The translations under genes were made by a program, and so were the position numbers. Shown here in pieces: positions 53,770 to 63,475 of a DNA stretch of 64,000 bases. Position 1 is the stretch's first letter. Every line of letters begins with the position of its first letter. Source of the DNA: an uncultured Acidimicrobiaceae bacterium (GTDB taxonomy: Bacteria > Actinomycetota > Acidimicrobiia > Acidimicrobiales > RAAP-2); NCBI GenBank assembly GCA_963755375.1, contig CAVWKG010000016.1, positions 2,617,772 to 2,681,771 on the forward strand, read 5' to 3'. The notes beneath the pieces are model-generated. The model saw nothing but the letters and a program-made list of their open reading frames with translations. It ran no database searches and had not been told where the DNA came from.

Positions 53770-54057
53770 ATGCCCCAGCCCGGCGACCCGTGCCCTGGCT
53801 TCGTCGCCCAGCCCGGCCAGTGCTGGCAGATGACCATCGACCGGAACCCTCAGGCCAACCACCGCCACGAGGCGCCTTCCTTGACGGGCCGATGGTTCAG
53901 CCCCTCAGGCGACCGCTGGTGGCGGGTGTGGGCCTGTCCAGAACACCGCGAAGCACTGACGGGACTGCGGGAGTTCGGTGGACGGCCTTGGCCGTTTGAT
54001 CCAAGGCGTGCCCAGAGAACGCGTAGCCGACAGGTCAGCCCTCCCCAAACCGGATGA
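53770..54057 (+). CDS. Hypothetical protein (possible; ~95 aa)
   Basis: The ORF contains TGRWFSPSGDRWWRVWACPEHREALTGLREFG, which looks like a real conserved segment. The start is uncertain (ATG 53770 or GTG 53761). Confidence 0.3.
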   Translation: MPQPGDPCPGFVAQPGQCWQMTIDRNPQANHRHEAPSLTGRWFSPSGDRWWRVWACPEHREALTGLREFGGRPWPFDPRRAQRTRSRQVSPPQTG

Positions 54058-54430
54058 TCCGCCAACCGCCGCCTTCTGGACTGCGGCTCACCAAGAAGGG
54101 GTAGGTCAGCTCGAACTCGTCGCTGGCGTACGAGCCGGTAAAGACGTAGACGACGGTTTCGCTGTCAGGACCTTCCGGTCGCGGACGCCGTGAGATTTCC
54201 CAGCCGGGTTCCTTGAGGTACGAAAGGTCCATTGACGCCAGTGACGCCAGTCCCCCCGGGATGCGATCCAAGGTTTCGCTATCGACAAGTTCGCCAGCAG
54301 CTCTAAAATCGCCCTCGTCGAGCAACCGTAGGAAGGTCGCGACGGCTCGCACGGAACCGCCGGGAGCAAGATGAGCCCCGGTCTGGTTGGCTAGCTCGTC
54401 GTGGGCTTCGCTGTTTGAAGTGCCCATCAT
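54035..54430 (-). CDS. Hypothetical protein (~131 aa)
   Basis: Open frame from ATG 54430/54427 with protein-like composition. No recognised motif. Confidence 0.4.
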   Translation of the reverse strand: MMGTSNSEAHDELANQTGAHLAPGGSVRAVATFLRLLDEGDFRAAGELVDSETLDRIPGGLASLASMDLSYLKEPGWEISRRPRPEGPDSETVVYVFTGSYASDEFELTYPFLVSRSPEGGGWRIIRFGEG

Positions 54431-54753
54431 CGATCCCCAATCTCTCGCCCGTCGCCTTCGTCCACGTCTCGACATAGGGCCACGCCCACACGAGGCCGGT
54501 CCTGAGAGTGGCCGATGGACTCGCCAGGGAACGGCAAGTCATCCGCCGCAGTCTCGCGCCACCGGGGTCCAGGGCTGAGAACCGTGCCCCATGGCCGGCA
54601 CTTCGGGGCTCTGGAGCTCACCCCCATCTGTATTGGCTCGAAAGCGCGTTAGGGACGACCTAAAAGCCGCCGAACCAAGGCTGTTTGCTCGTGTGTAGCC
54701 ATACCGTTCTCCCACCCGATCGACGTCGTCCCCGCATGGCACCGTTATCCCAA

Positions 54754-55323
54754 TCAGACGTAACTGCTGGCTCGTGCTCTCGCAACCGTCGATCCCCCGG
54801 CTGCATACAGGCTTGCCGCAGCGATCAGTCCAGTGGTCACTTCGATGCCCGCTAAACCGCCGCCAACCAAGCCCACCATTGTCCCGGCGATCCCGGCGAC
54901 GATCAGGGCCGCCCCGAGCCAGTAGAACCCCGCAAAAAAGAGTCGGCCGAACGCGAGAAAATGTACTCCGACCACGGTGGCGAACCAGGCGATGACGTAT
55001 TGGTGGCGTCCTGTCGCTCCGAGGAGCGCAGCCCCTCCAAAGAGTGCGACCACCTCCGGGACCACTATGCGTCGATAACTCGGCGACGAGAACATAGACC
55101 CCGATCGGTTCTCGCGAACGGACCGCCGCAGGCGAGCGCTCCAGAGCAAGATGACCAGCCCGACCACGATCCCGACCACGCGGACAGCCGTCGAGACCGC
55201 TCCGGAGATCCCCGACGCACTCCATTCGGTCCAGGCCAAACCGAACACGCCCGAGATCATGGCCCCCGTCAAAGCTCCCCGGTCCGGAACGGAATCCACA
55301 CCACTCGCATACCCATTTCTCAC
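54754..55323 (-). CDS. Hypothetical integral membrane protein (about 5 TM segments)
   Basis: Alternating hydrophobic stretches (MISGVFGLAW; VRVVGIVVGLVILLW; VVALFGGAALLG; VIAWFATVVGVHFLAF; WLGAALIVAGIAGTMVGLV). Confidence 0.5.
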   Translation of the reverse strand: MRNGYASGVDSVPDRGALTGAMISGVFGLAWTEWSASGISGAVSTAVRVVGIVVGLVILLWSARLRRSVRENRSGSMFSSPSYRRIVVPEVVALFGGAALLGATGRHQYVIAWFATVVGVHFLAFGRLFFAGFYWLGAALIVAGIAGTMVGLVGGGLAGIEVTTGLIAAASLYAAGGSTVARARASSYV

Positions 55324-55608
55324 GGTGCAATCAGAAAGGCGCTCCGCCTCGGGTGCCCCCCTTTCGTCGGGCTCGGGGGATACCCCCCTGGCCGTGTCAA
55401 GCGTCCCGACGTGAATGACCTGGCTACTCGTCGCTCAGTTCGGCCATTGCTTCCGGCGGCAAGGCAGGAAGTCAACTCAAACTTAGACTGAGTTCTCACT
55501 GTTAAACTGCCGTCCCGTCGCATCGCCCACTTCTCGACGTCTGGCCACGACGCACACCATCCCCCCGCTGCTGAGCACGACCACCGGCTCAGGAAAACCG
55601 ATATCCCT

Positions 55609-55746
55609 TCAGAGCGACATAGGGAGGGGTCCCGCCAGCCGATATCGCGGACATTGGCAGCGCGAGCAATCAGAGCCTCTGCGATAGTGCTGATGTGATT
55701 CGTACGAATCGCCGCATCGACAGGCGCGTAAACGTGTTTCTCGCAT
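55609..55746 (-). CDS. Small Cys/His-rich protein (45 aa; embedded in a longer spurious ORF)
   Basis: MRETRLRACRCGDSYESHQHYRRGSDCSRCQCPRYRLAGPLPMSL has a CxC...HxH...CxxCxC pattern. GGGGAG lies upstream of ATG 55746. Confidence 0.4.
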   Translation of the reverse strand: MRETRLRACRCGDSYESHQHYRRGSDCSRCQCPRYRLAGPLPMSL

Positions 55747-56308
55747 GGCCTCACTCCCCTTGCTGACTTGTATGTCATACCCAGGATTAGCGAAATGATG
55801 CCGAAGGAATGAGGCAGAGCCGCAATAGGCTCGGACGGTGGGAAGGAAACATAACCGTGGTGATTTACGTGCTTGCGCTTGTCGGCGTCGTGGTCGGTGT
55901 GGACATCCTGTTCCTTCAAGTACGAAACGTGGCCGCGCCTGCTTATAAACGTTGGCATTGTCCTGGTTTTCGCCGCCTCCCACCTGCGGTTCCATCAAGC
56001 ACTCGGGGGCAACTGACCGCCTCGGAGACGTCCCGCCGCAATAGTCCACAGCGAATCGGAACCGACTGGCTTTTCGATTGCACGAAAGCAACGAGGGTGG
56101 ATTCGCCGATAAGTAAAACGAACGAGCCGGCGCCATCCTGTTTCCCCAACCCCCCACGGAACCGGTGCCGGCTCGTTCGCGTCCCGGGCATTCCCCAGAG
56201 GCAACTTCCATAACGGCGCTGAAGTCCGGCGATTGGGGCACCGTCGGGGACTCATTGGCAGAGGTGATTATCGTTCCGGAGAACGAGCCGAAGACTGAGA
56301 GGTGGCCA

Positions 56309-56689
56309 ATGGTGACGGTGTACAACCTTGATCACGAATCGGTTGCCAAAATGATCCAGCTGGATCTTGCGAGCCTGGACCGAGAACCCGAAAGTCCCAT
56401 CAGTGACTTTTCGTTCCACGGATGCACGGGTGGTGTCGCCGCCTTCAAAGGCCGACCACCTTGGGAGTTCCACGGCCAAGGCGACGAGCTTCTCTTCATC
56501 TTGGCAGGCGAGTCGGAACTTACACTGCTCGAGGAGGACGGTCGTTCAATATGCACCCTCTCGGCAGGCCATCTTGCGCTTGTCCCGAGAGGCCATTGGC
56601 ATTCCAATAACGCACCTGGCGGAGTAACGATGCTGTGGATCACTCCCAGCGAAGGCAATGAGCACTCCTGGGAGGAGCCGAGCGTCTGA
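56309..56689 (+). CDS. Cupin domain protein
   Basis: WEFHGQGDELLFILAGESELTLLEEDG...LSAGHLALVPRGHWHSN matches the two cupin motifs. ATG at 56309. Confidence 0.7.
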   Translation: MVTVYNLDHESVAKMIQLDLASLDREPESPISDFSFHGCTGGVAAFKGRPPWEFHGQGDELLFILAGESELTLLEEDGRSICTLSAGHLALVPRGHWHSNNAPGGVTMLWITPSEGNEHSWEEPSV

Positions 56690-56819
56690 CAGCTTGGGAT
56701 CAGGTCTGGACTGTGTGTCGAAGAAGACAGCGAATACCTAAGCGGCCCTCATCGGCCCGAGCGCCCGTAGCCGGCGTATTGGGATACCTGTCCAGCATGA
56801 GCGAGGCCGCCCACGATCG

Positions 56820-57599
56820 GTGGAATACGGTTTGGAAATGACGTATGTCGACATTCACGGGCACCCCACATGGATATCGGTCGGGATCGAGAACGATGAG
56901 ACGGTGTTGCTGCTGCACGGCGGCATTGTGGACAGCCGTTCTCTTCTAGATTCGATTGGCCCGGCGCTGAGCGAGCGCTACAGCGTTGCGGCATTCGATC
57001 GGCGTGGCCACGGGCGCACCGCCGATACGCCAGAGGCGCTTCATTACGACTCGATGGCCGATGAGACAATCGGTGTCCTTGAGCATCTAGATCGTCCCGC
57101 GCACCTGGTCGGCCATAGCGACGGGGGCGATGTGGGGCTCTTGGTCGCGATGCGGCGACCTGACCTGGTCCAGCGGCTCGTCATGATTGGATCGAACTTC
57201 CACCACGCAGGCCTGCTACCGATCGGCGAGCTAATAACCCCAGATGTCTATGAGATGTTCGCGACAATGTACGGCGAGTGTTCACCCGATGGACGGGAGC
57301 ACTTCGATGAGTTTCTCGCCAAGGTCTACGCCATGTGGGCTTCGGAGCCCGAGCTGACTCCGACGGACCTCGCCAAAGTCACAGTGCCCGTCCTGGTTCT
57401 TGTAGCTGACGACGACGCGATCGCGCTGTCTCATACCTGCCTGCTGTACGAGTCGATTCCGGCCTCGCAGCTCGCGGTCGTCCCAGGTGCATCACATTTG
57501 CTGCCTATTGAGCAGCCCGAAGAGACGGTACGCATCATCCGCACGTTCCTTGAATCGAGCGTGCCGCCCGCGACCTTGATGCCGATCAGACGGACCTGA
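56820..57599 (+). CDS. Alpha/beta hydrolase
   Basis: LLLHGG...FDRRGHGRT...HLVGHSDGG (nucleophile elbow)...DDDAI...GASHLLPIEQPEE. The start is 56820 or ATG 56838. Confidence 0.85.
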   Translation: MEYGLEMTYVDIHGHPTWISVGIENDETVLLLHGGIVDSRSLLDSIGPALSERYSVAAFDRRGHGRTADTPEALHYDSMADETIGVLEHLDRPAHLVGHSDGGDVGLLVAMRRPDLVQRLVMIGSNFHHAGLLPIGELITPDVYEMFATMYGECSPDGREHFDEFLAKVYAMWASEPELTPTDLAKVTVPVLVLVADDDAIALSHTCLLYESIPASQLAVVPGASHLLPIEQPEETVRIIRTFLESSVPPATLMPIRRT

Positions 57600-57663
57600 G
57601 CCTTGGCTCGCGGGCATCGGGTGAACTTCTGCGCCTCGTCGCCACGAAGTTTTGAGTCTCTAC

Positions 57664-57700
57664 GAGGGGTATCTCCGTTGTGCTGACGGGGATACCCCTC
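57664..57700 (+). terminator. Hairpin (10-bp stem gaggggtatc / gatacccctc, 17-nt loop) downstream of the hydrolase gene
   Basis: Read directly. It starts 65 nt after the stop at 57599. Terminator function is inferred. Confidence 0.35.
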
Positions 57701-58036
57701 CCCGATGTGTGAGGCCGGGCGGCCGGACCACCTGAGGTTCGGTTGGACCGATGTGGGGGGTGGACGTTTCGGACGGTCCAATCACCTATCCCACTGGCAA
57801 AATACAGGGGAGAGAGGGGCCCAGACAGCGAAGCGGCAGCCGAACCGCCGCGCACACCCGCACCGACCGGCACCGGGCCCCCGACGCCCGACAGCCGCCA
57901 CCCGAAACCCCGGACAGAGCGGCGCGGGGAGCGGAGCGCGGGGACTACGGGCTAGCCGCACCTGGCCAGGCAGGTCCTGGAGCACCGCTGTCGGGCTACG
58001 CGGTCAGGCCACATCTCGTCAAACCCATGCAGACAC

Positions 58037-58704
58037 GTGAAGCGACCTAAGCCTACGAAGACGCCGTTGAGGATTCTCACTGAGATCGAGATCGCACGGC
58101 TAGCCGGTACGATCGACCTTCGATTCCGAGCGTTGGTCTACCTGGCCTGTTATGCGGGTCTTCGAGCCGGAGAACTGTTCGGGCTGAAGTGGAGCAGCGT
58201 CGATCTTCGGAGTCGGAGGGTGATGGTGTCCAACGCCGTCGTCGAGACCAACGGTCAACTTCACATTGATCAGCCGCCAAAGTCAGATGCGGGACGGCGG
58301 ACAGTTCCCCTGTCTCGGGAAGCGGCAAGGGCGTTGGTGAAGCATGCCGAGATGTTCGGAAACCGATCAGACGACTACGTGTTACCGAACGAGGACGGCA
58401 ATGCGATGCGATTGAGCAACTTCCGGAATCGCTACTTGAAACCTGCACTCAAGCGGGCTGGCATGGACCCGTCGTTCCGCATTCTCGACCAGCGCCACAC
58501 GGCTATAAGTCTGTGGATCAAGGCAGCAATCAACCGAAGGACGTTTCGGTGCATGCTGGCCACACGTCCGTCTTCACATTGGATCGTTACGGCCACCTGT
58601 ACCCGGACAACGGGGACGCGTTCTTGCGTGCCCCGGACGCTGCAACCGACAAATCGCTCGGAATCTCGGGGCACGACTCAGGGCACGAAGTTGTCTGTAA
58701 ATGA
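58037..58704 (+). pseudogene. Tyrosine recombinase (phage-type integrase) remnant: catalytic domain only, frameshifted
   Basis: It begins at the catalytic-domain junction (LTEIEIARLA...AGLRAGELFGLKWSSVDL) and lacks an N-terminal core-binding domain. The frame breaks near 58505. The box II/Tyr region (KDVSVHAGHTSVFTLDRYGHLYPD) continues in ORF 58513..58704. The HxLRHT motif is degenerate (ILDQRHT). Confidence 0.75.
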
Positions 58705-58824
58705 CACGCCGTGCCCCTGACCTCCCCCCGTCACTGCTCGCGACTTCGGTCGACAAACTGGTTTCCAGGAGACTCAGTGGCGAAAGACACACACGTCGAT
58801 TAATCTCTCGGACTAGGAGAGTTC

Positions 58825-58866
58825 ATCACGCTAGACGGATCACGCTAGACAGATCACGCTAGACAA
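58825..58866. repeat. 3 x 14-bp direct repeats (atcacgctagacNN)
   Basis: atcacgctagac occurs at 58825, 58839 and 58853 with period 14. The site lies between the integrase remnant and the large membrane-protein gene. Confidence 0.9.
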
Positions 58867-58983
58867 GGGATAGATCGTCGAGGGCATGGGCCGCCTGGTG
58901 GCGGCGCGCGGCCCCGAGATACCGACTGGGCGCTTCGGTTTGCTCGCGCTACTTGGAGTCACCACGCCATTGAAGGAAACCGG

Positions 58984-60828
58984 ATGACTGAGGTCGGCGG
59001 TCTACAGGAACCAGCGCTGTCCACCGATGAGGCAGGCGCAGACCTGCTCCTTCGCCCGCCGACGAGTTTCAGTTCGGCGACCAGACGAAGGACAATCACC
59101 GGCCTGGGCATCCTGAGCTTGGCGGCACCGGTCGTGGTGTACCTGTGGTTCATCCACCGCTATGGAGTCAACGTGCTCTGGAACGACCAATGGGACGACG
59201 TCAATGTCGTCGGGCACGCGCATGCAGGCAACTTGAGTCTGGCCACGCTGTGGGCGCAACACAACGAAAACAGAGTCTTCTTCCCGAACCTCATTGTCGT
59301 CGTGCTCGGCGACACAACGCATTTCAATATCGTCATTGAGGAGTACGTGAGCGCGACGATGCTGATCGTCGCCACTGGACTGTTGATCCTGACTCACCGG
59401 CGCCGACGCCCGTCGACGCCCTGGTTCTTCTATTGCCCGGTGGCCATCCTCATGTTCTCGTTGCTGGGTGGAAGTTCCTATTACGGCGGTGGCAACACAC
59501 TCTGGGGTTTCCAAATGGCCTGGTACCTGGTCCTGTTGGGTCTGGCTGTAACCCTGTTCCTCCTGGATCGGCCGAGCCTGACCTGGCTCGTACTGGCTGG
59601 AGCGATGGCAGCTGCAGTGGTCGGCAGCTTTTCCTCGCTGCAGGGGCTTCTGATCTGGCCGTCGGGCTTGGTGCTTCTCTATCTACGCCGTCGGCCCTGG
59701 CGCATGATCGTCATCTGGATCATCTCTGCCATCGTGACCGGAGCCATCTATTTCTATAACTACAACTTTGCGTGGGTCTCTGGGCCCTCGTATTGGGTGA
59801 CCCATCCGTTTGGTGCGACGAGCATCTTCCTGTTCTCCGTTGGGAACAACATCACGGGCCAAGAAGTCACAGCGACCCCGACGGGCGCCGACCTCATCCT
59901 GGGAACGCTCATTCTGGTCGTTGCCGTCTGGCTCGTCATCTCGGGTCTCCGCCGTGATGAAAGATTTGGAAGCCCACTCGGCGTCAGCTTGATCTGTTTC
60001 GGCCTGCTGTTCACTGCGATACTCACCTCCGGACGAGCCTGGGCTGTGGGTGTCGACGCCCGGTACGCGATGTTCGAGATAATCCTATGGGTCGGGTGCT
60101 ACCTGGCGTTGCTCGAGCGACCCAACAGGGGACTCAGGGACACGGGAGCGTACCTGTTGGGGAGGATCGACAACTGGTTCGGCACTCCCGGCCGGCCGAT
60201 TGACCATCGGTCACGGAACGCGCCTTGGGCACAGATGGTCACCGTGGCGGTCCAACTGTTTCTGGTGAGTCTCATCCTCGTACAGGCCGTCCTCACCATC
60301 CCAAGCGGCATCACCGATGCCAGCGCCTGGCACCAGCGTCAGCTTGTCGCGGCCGACGTTGCTGTGAACATCGACGAAGCGGGCGACGCTCTCGTGCAGA
60401 ATGTGTTGGGCGGTAACGAACCTTCGTTCGTCCGCGAGATGACGGCCACCGCTCGCTCCGAGCATCTCAGCCTGTTCGACACGCCCTTGGCCATCGAGGA
60501 TACGCGCCGAGGTCTGTTCCCATCCCTTCAATCCAGCATCTTGGTCCCTTCGGACGGCGCCACCGTGTCGGGAACCCAACCCCTCGATGCCGGCGTTTTC
60601 GTCTCTCCGGCCGGGTGGAGGGTGCAGTTCCGCATTACCGGACAATCGTCGCACCTCGCGCGCGTCCTGTCTGCCAAGGACAGCGGCCTGGGTTGGTTGG
60701 CCTTTTGGGATACAAACGCGGTTGCCGACGGAAGCTATGAGGTGCGGAGCGTGCTCGTCTACCCTGACCAGTCGAGGGCCGCGAGCGACCCCATATCGGT
60801 GACAGTCGAGAACAAGAAAACGACGTGA
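58984..60828 (+). CDS. Large polytopic membrane protein with extracytoplasmic C-terminal beta-rich (Ig-like) domain; possibly GT-C-type glycosyltransferase
   Basis: More than 10 hydrophobic segments over ~430 aa, then a soluble ~150-aa C-terminal region (LVPSDGATVSGTQPLDA...DGSYEVRSVLVYPD...ISVTVEN). The functional guess rests on architecture only. Confidence 0.65.
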   Translation: MTEVGGLQEPALSTDEAGADLLLRPPTSFSSATRRRTITGLGILSLAAPVVVYLWFIHRYGVNVLWNDQWDDVNVVGHAHAGNLSLATLWAQHNENRVFFPNLIVVVLGDTTHFNIVIEEYVSATMLIVATGLLILTHRRRRPSTPWFFYCPVAILMFSLLGGSSYYGGGNTLWGFQMAWYLVLLGLAVTLFLLDRPSLTWLVLAGAMAAAVVGSFSSLQGLLIWPSGLVLLYLRRRPWRMIVIWIISAIVTGAIYFYNYNFAWVSGPSYWVTHPFGATSIFLFSVGNNITGQEVTATPTGADLILGTLILVVAVWLVISGLRRDERFGSPLGVSLICFGLLFTAILTSGRAWAVGVDARYAMFEIILWVGCYLALLERPNRGLRDTGAYLLGRIDNWFGTPGRPIDHRSRNAPWAQMVTVAVQLFLVSLILVQAVLTIPSGITDASAWHQRQLVAADVAVNIDEAGDALVQNVLGGNEPSFVREMTATARSEHLSLFDTPLAIEDTRRGLFPSLQSSILVPSDGATVSGTQPLDAGVFVSPAGWRVQFRITGQSSHLARVLSAKDSGLGWLAFWDTNAVADGSYEVRSVLVYPDQSRAASDPISVTVENKKTT

Positions 60829-60904
60829 TGGCCATTTCGCGTCGATACCAGCCCGATGGCTGACTCAAATCGCCCTTCTCTAGGGCCTGACGAGCGCAGG
60901 AGGT

Positions 60905-61954
60905 TCACCATGAGTCGAGAAGTCGAAGCTGGAACTGCCAGATGGTCCCATTGACCGGCACGGTCCGGCTGACCCAGCCCTGCGCCGAGCGGTCTTCGTT
61001 CACCACACGCAGGTCAGCGGCCAGTTCGGGTTGGCCGCGTGCTGCCCTCGCCTCGAAGCGTTGGGCCGGCGTGGCCATGCCCAGGCTCTGATGCGGTCGC
61101 GTGGTGTTGTAATCACCCACCCAGGCGTCGAGTTCATTTTGGGCCGCTTGCTGGGAGGAAAAGATCTGCCCGCCCAAGAACTCGGTGCAGTGTGCGATGG
61201 AAGCGCTCGATCTTGCCAGTGGTCGTCGGCGACGCCGGCGCGGTGAGGCGGTGGGTGATGCCGTTCTCCCGGCAGATCTTGTCGAAGAGCACTTCGCTCG
61301 GGGTCAGGCCGAAGCGATTGGTGAAGACCTTGCCGTTGTCGGTGAGGATCTCTTCGGGCACGCCGTGACGTTCGAGTGCCTGGGCCAAGAACGCGCAGAC
61401 CGCCCGTCCGGTGGCGCGGACCATGACTCCCGCACAGATGCAATAGCGGGAGTGGTCGTCGACGCCGGTGAGGACCTTGCACTCGGTGCCGTCGTCGAGG
61501 AGCACCCCGCCCACCACATCCATCTGCCACAGCTCCATCGGGCGCCCCCGCTCCCAGCGTTTGTAGGTCGGGAGCTTCTTGCGGGTCGCCTTGGGTTCGA
61601 TCAGGCCGTGACGGAGCAAGGACCGATAGATCCCCGAGACCTAGGGGAGCGGTGACACCGCTTCTCGGGCCAGCTGGTGTCGCAGGCTCATCGGGCCCCA
61701 ATGGGCCGGTTCCGCCGCAGCTCGAGGACCCTGGCCTCGATCACTGCGGGCATTTGGAGGGGTGAGGTCTTGGGCCGATGCGATCGATCTCGCAGACCCT
61801 CGAGGCCCTCGGCCTCATAACGGGCCAGCCAGGAGTGCACCGTGTCTCGATGCACGCCGAACTTCTCGGCTACCTCGGTGACCCGCATCCCTTCCCTGAT
61901 GACGGCCAAGACGGCGTCATAACGCTGTTCCACCTTGCTGAGCTCCCTGAGCAT
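60905..61954 (-). mobile_element. IS481-family transposase gene, split over three reading frames (pseudogene) and probably 3'-truncated
   Basis: Three pieces:
- HTH part: 61688..61954 (MLRELSKVEQRYDAVLAVIREGMRVTEVAEKFGVHRDTVHSWLARYE)
- DDE/rve core: 61134..61619 (WQMDVVGG...GVDDHSRYC...LTDNGKVF...TTGKIERFH)
- C-terminal piece: 60905..61177 (LDAWVGDYNTTRPHQSLG)
The family normally has a single ORF. Confidence 0.8.
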
Positions 61955-62812
61955 TCGGCTACCTCCTGCGCCTAAACGCAGGTTGGTGGGGCAAGGTGTC
62001 GGACATCAACCGAACACGCGTCGGGGATCATCCGAACACGCGTCGGAAGTCTCCCGAATAGGAAATGCCGGAGTTCACCCGGAACTACACACCCCTTCAG
62101 TCGGCCGCCCGGGTCTCGATCCCGGCACCTTGGGATCCAATAATTGGGATATCTACCGGTTCACAGCGGTGCGTTGCAGCAGTTCAGAGAGGGTGCGTCG
62201 TTCAGGCGAGACCACGAGAATACGCCGAAGTCGATTCCCTGGGCTACAAGATTGGCTGCAGTTCCGGCAGAAACCCCCCTGCGTGCTTCAACACCATCGT
62301 CACCATCTGACGTCGATACGTCAAGCCAGAGATCCATTGTCCCTACGCCCCCTACCTAATCAGGCACAACTGGGCTACCCCGTAGCTTTAAAATGGAGCC
62401 AAGATTGTTCAACGACCAGTGATGAGTTTCCCGCTCTGGCGGAGTTCTCAATAGACGCCCTGACTGAGGTCGTGGACGCCGACTGAACATTCAGAGCCGG
62501 GGTGCTGGAGTTGAACTGTTGGCGGATTGTCGATTTCATTTTTCGTACTTCATGCAGATCGGTGCGCGAGCGCAGTTCGGGTACCCACCGTTTGAGGAAC
62601 TGGACGCAAAGCCGGAAGCGACGCCGCTCGACCTCGTAGCCGGGCGACGGTCGGTAACCGCCCAGCCGGTCGCCGTACTGCGAGATTCACCTGAGACGGT
62701 GACAGCCTCAGACGGCGTCTTGATTTGACCCTTTCTGATTACTGTGCTCGGGCGGCGGCATATGAGCTGGTTCTTCATACCCAGTCTCGCTCGTCCCCCT
62801 CGCTTAGGGCGC

Positions 62813-63415
62813 TTACTTCGTCGTACACCCTTGAAGGAAGATCCCAACAGCGCACATGAGTCGGGGGTCGAGTTCACCAACATCCCCCCACCAACCAGTG
62901 ATCCAGTTTGTGATGGTGAGCGTGAAGGTGGCAGTGAGAATCTCTGCTAGCTGCAGAGGATCACTTATCGAGTTGATTTCGCCGGTCGCTTGACCCTGGC
63001 CGAGCAGCTCAGCCAGCAGGACGAAGTTCTCCATGTCCATCTCCATCGCTCGACCGGTCGAGCCACTAAACATGCCAGTTCGACCAACCACGTTGGCCAT
63101 GAACGCCCGATCATCAGCAAACAGCTGTCCGATCACACTGACGAGTTCGCGCACGCGCCCCGAGACTGATTCGTCCGAACGCCCAAGGAGTTCTCGGAGA
63201 TAGATGGCGTAGAGCGCTTTGAACTCCAGCTCAGATTCACGCAGCACGGCTTCTTTGGTCGGGAAGTAGTTGAAGAACGTGGCCTCAGACACCTCGACCT
63301 GCTCGATGATGTCCCTTACCCGGGTCTGCTCAAAGCCTCGCTCCCGGAAAAGTGTCATGGCCGTTCCGTAGAGCCGCCGGCGCATCTGCTCCTTTTTCTG
63401 CTCTCTGAGGCCCAT
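62813..63415 (-). CDS. TetR-family transcriptional regulator
   Basis: N-terminal HTH region QMRRRLYGTAMTLFRERGFEQTRVRDIIEQVEVSEATFFNYFPTKE. Divergent from the amidase gene. Confidence 0.9.
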   Translation of the reverse strand: MGLREQKKEQMRRRLYGTAMTLFRERGFEQTRVRDIIEQVEVSEATFFNYFPTKEAVLRESELEFKALYAIYLRELLGRSDESVSGRVRELVSVIGQLFADDRAFMANVVGRTGMFSGSTGRAMEMDMENFVLLAELLGQGQATGEINSISDPLQLAEILTATFTLTITNWITGWWGDVGELDPRLMCAVGIFLQGCTTK

Positions 63416-63475
63416 ATTGGTGTCACCGTAAAGATAGGGTTGAAAGATTATTAGGGTAACACTAATGATATACCC

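Noticed and set aside
62109-62125. tRNA-fragment-like ccggg-tctcgat-cccgg next to the IS end, a possible integration target.
   Set aside because: The loop is non-canonical. The only complementary acceptor-like 7-mers (caaggtg and caccttg) are ~135 nt apart, which is too far for a tRNA.
63430-63470. Possible TetR operator (attag-N7-ctaat) in the AT-rich TetR/amidase divergent spacer.
   Set aside because: The arms are only 5 bp with an imperfect centre, which is too weak to call without a search or binding data.
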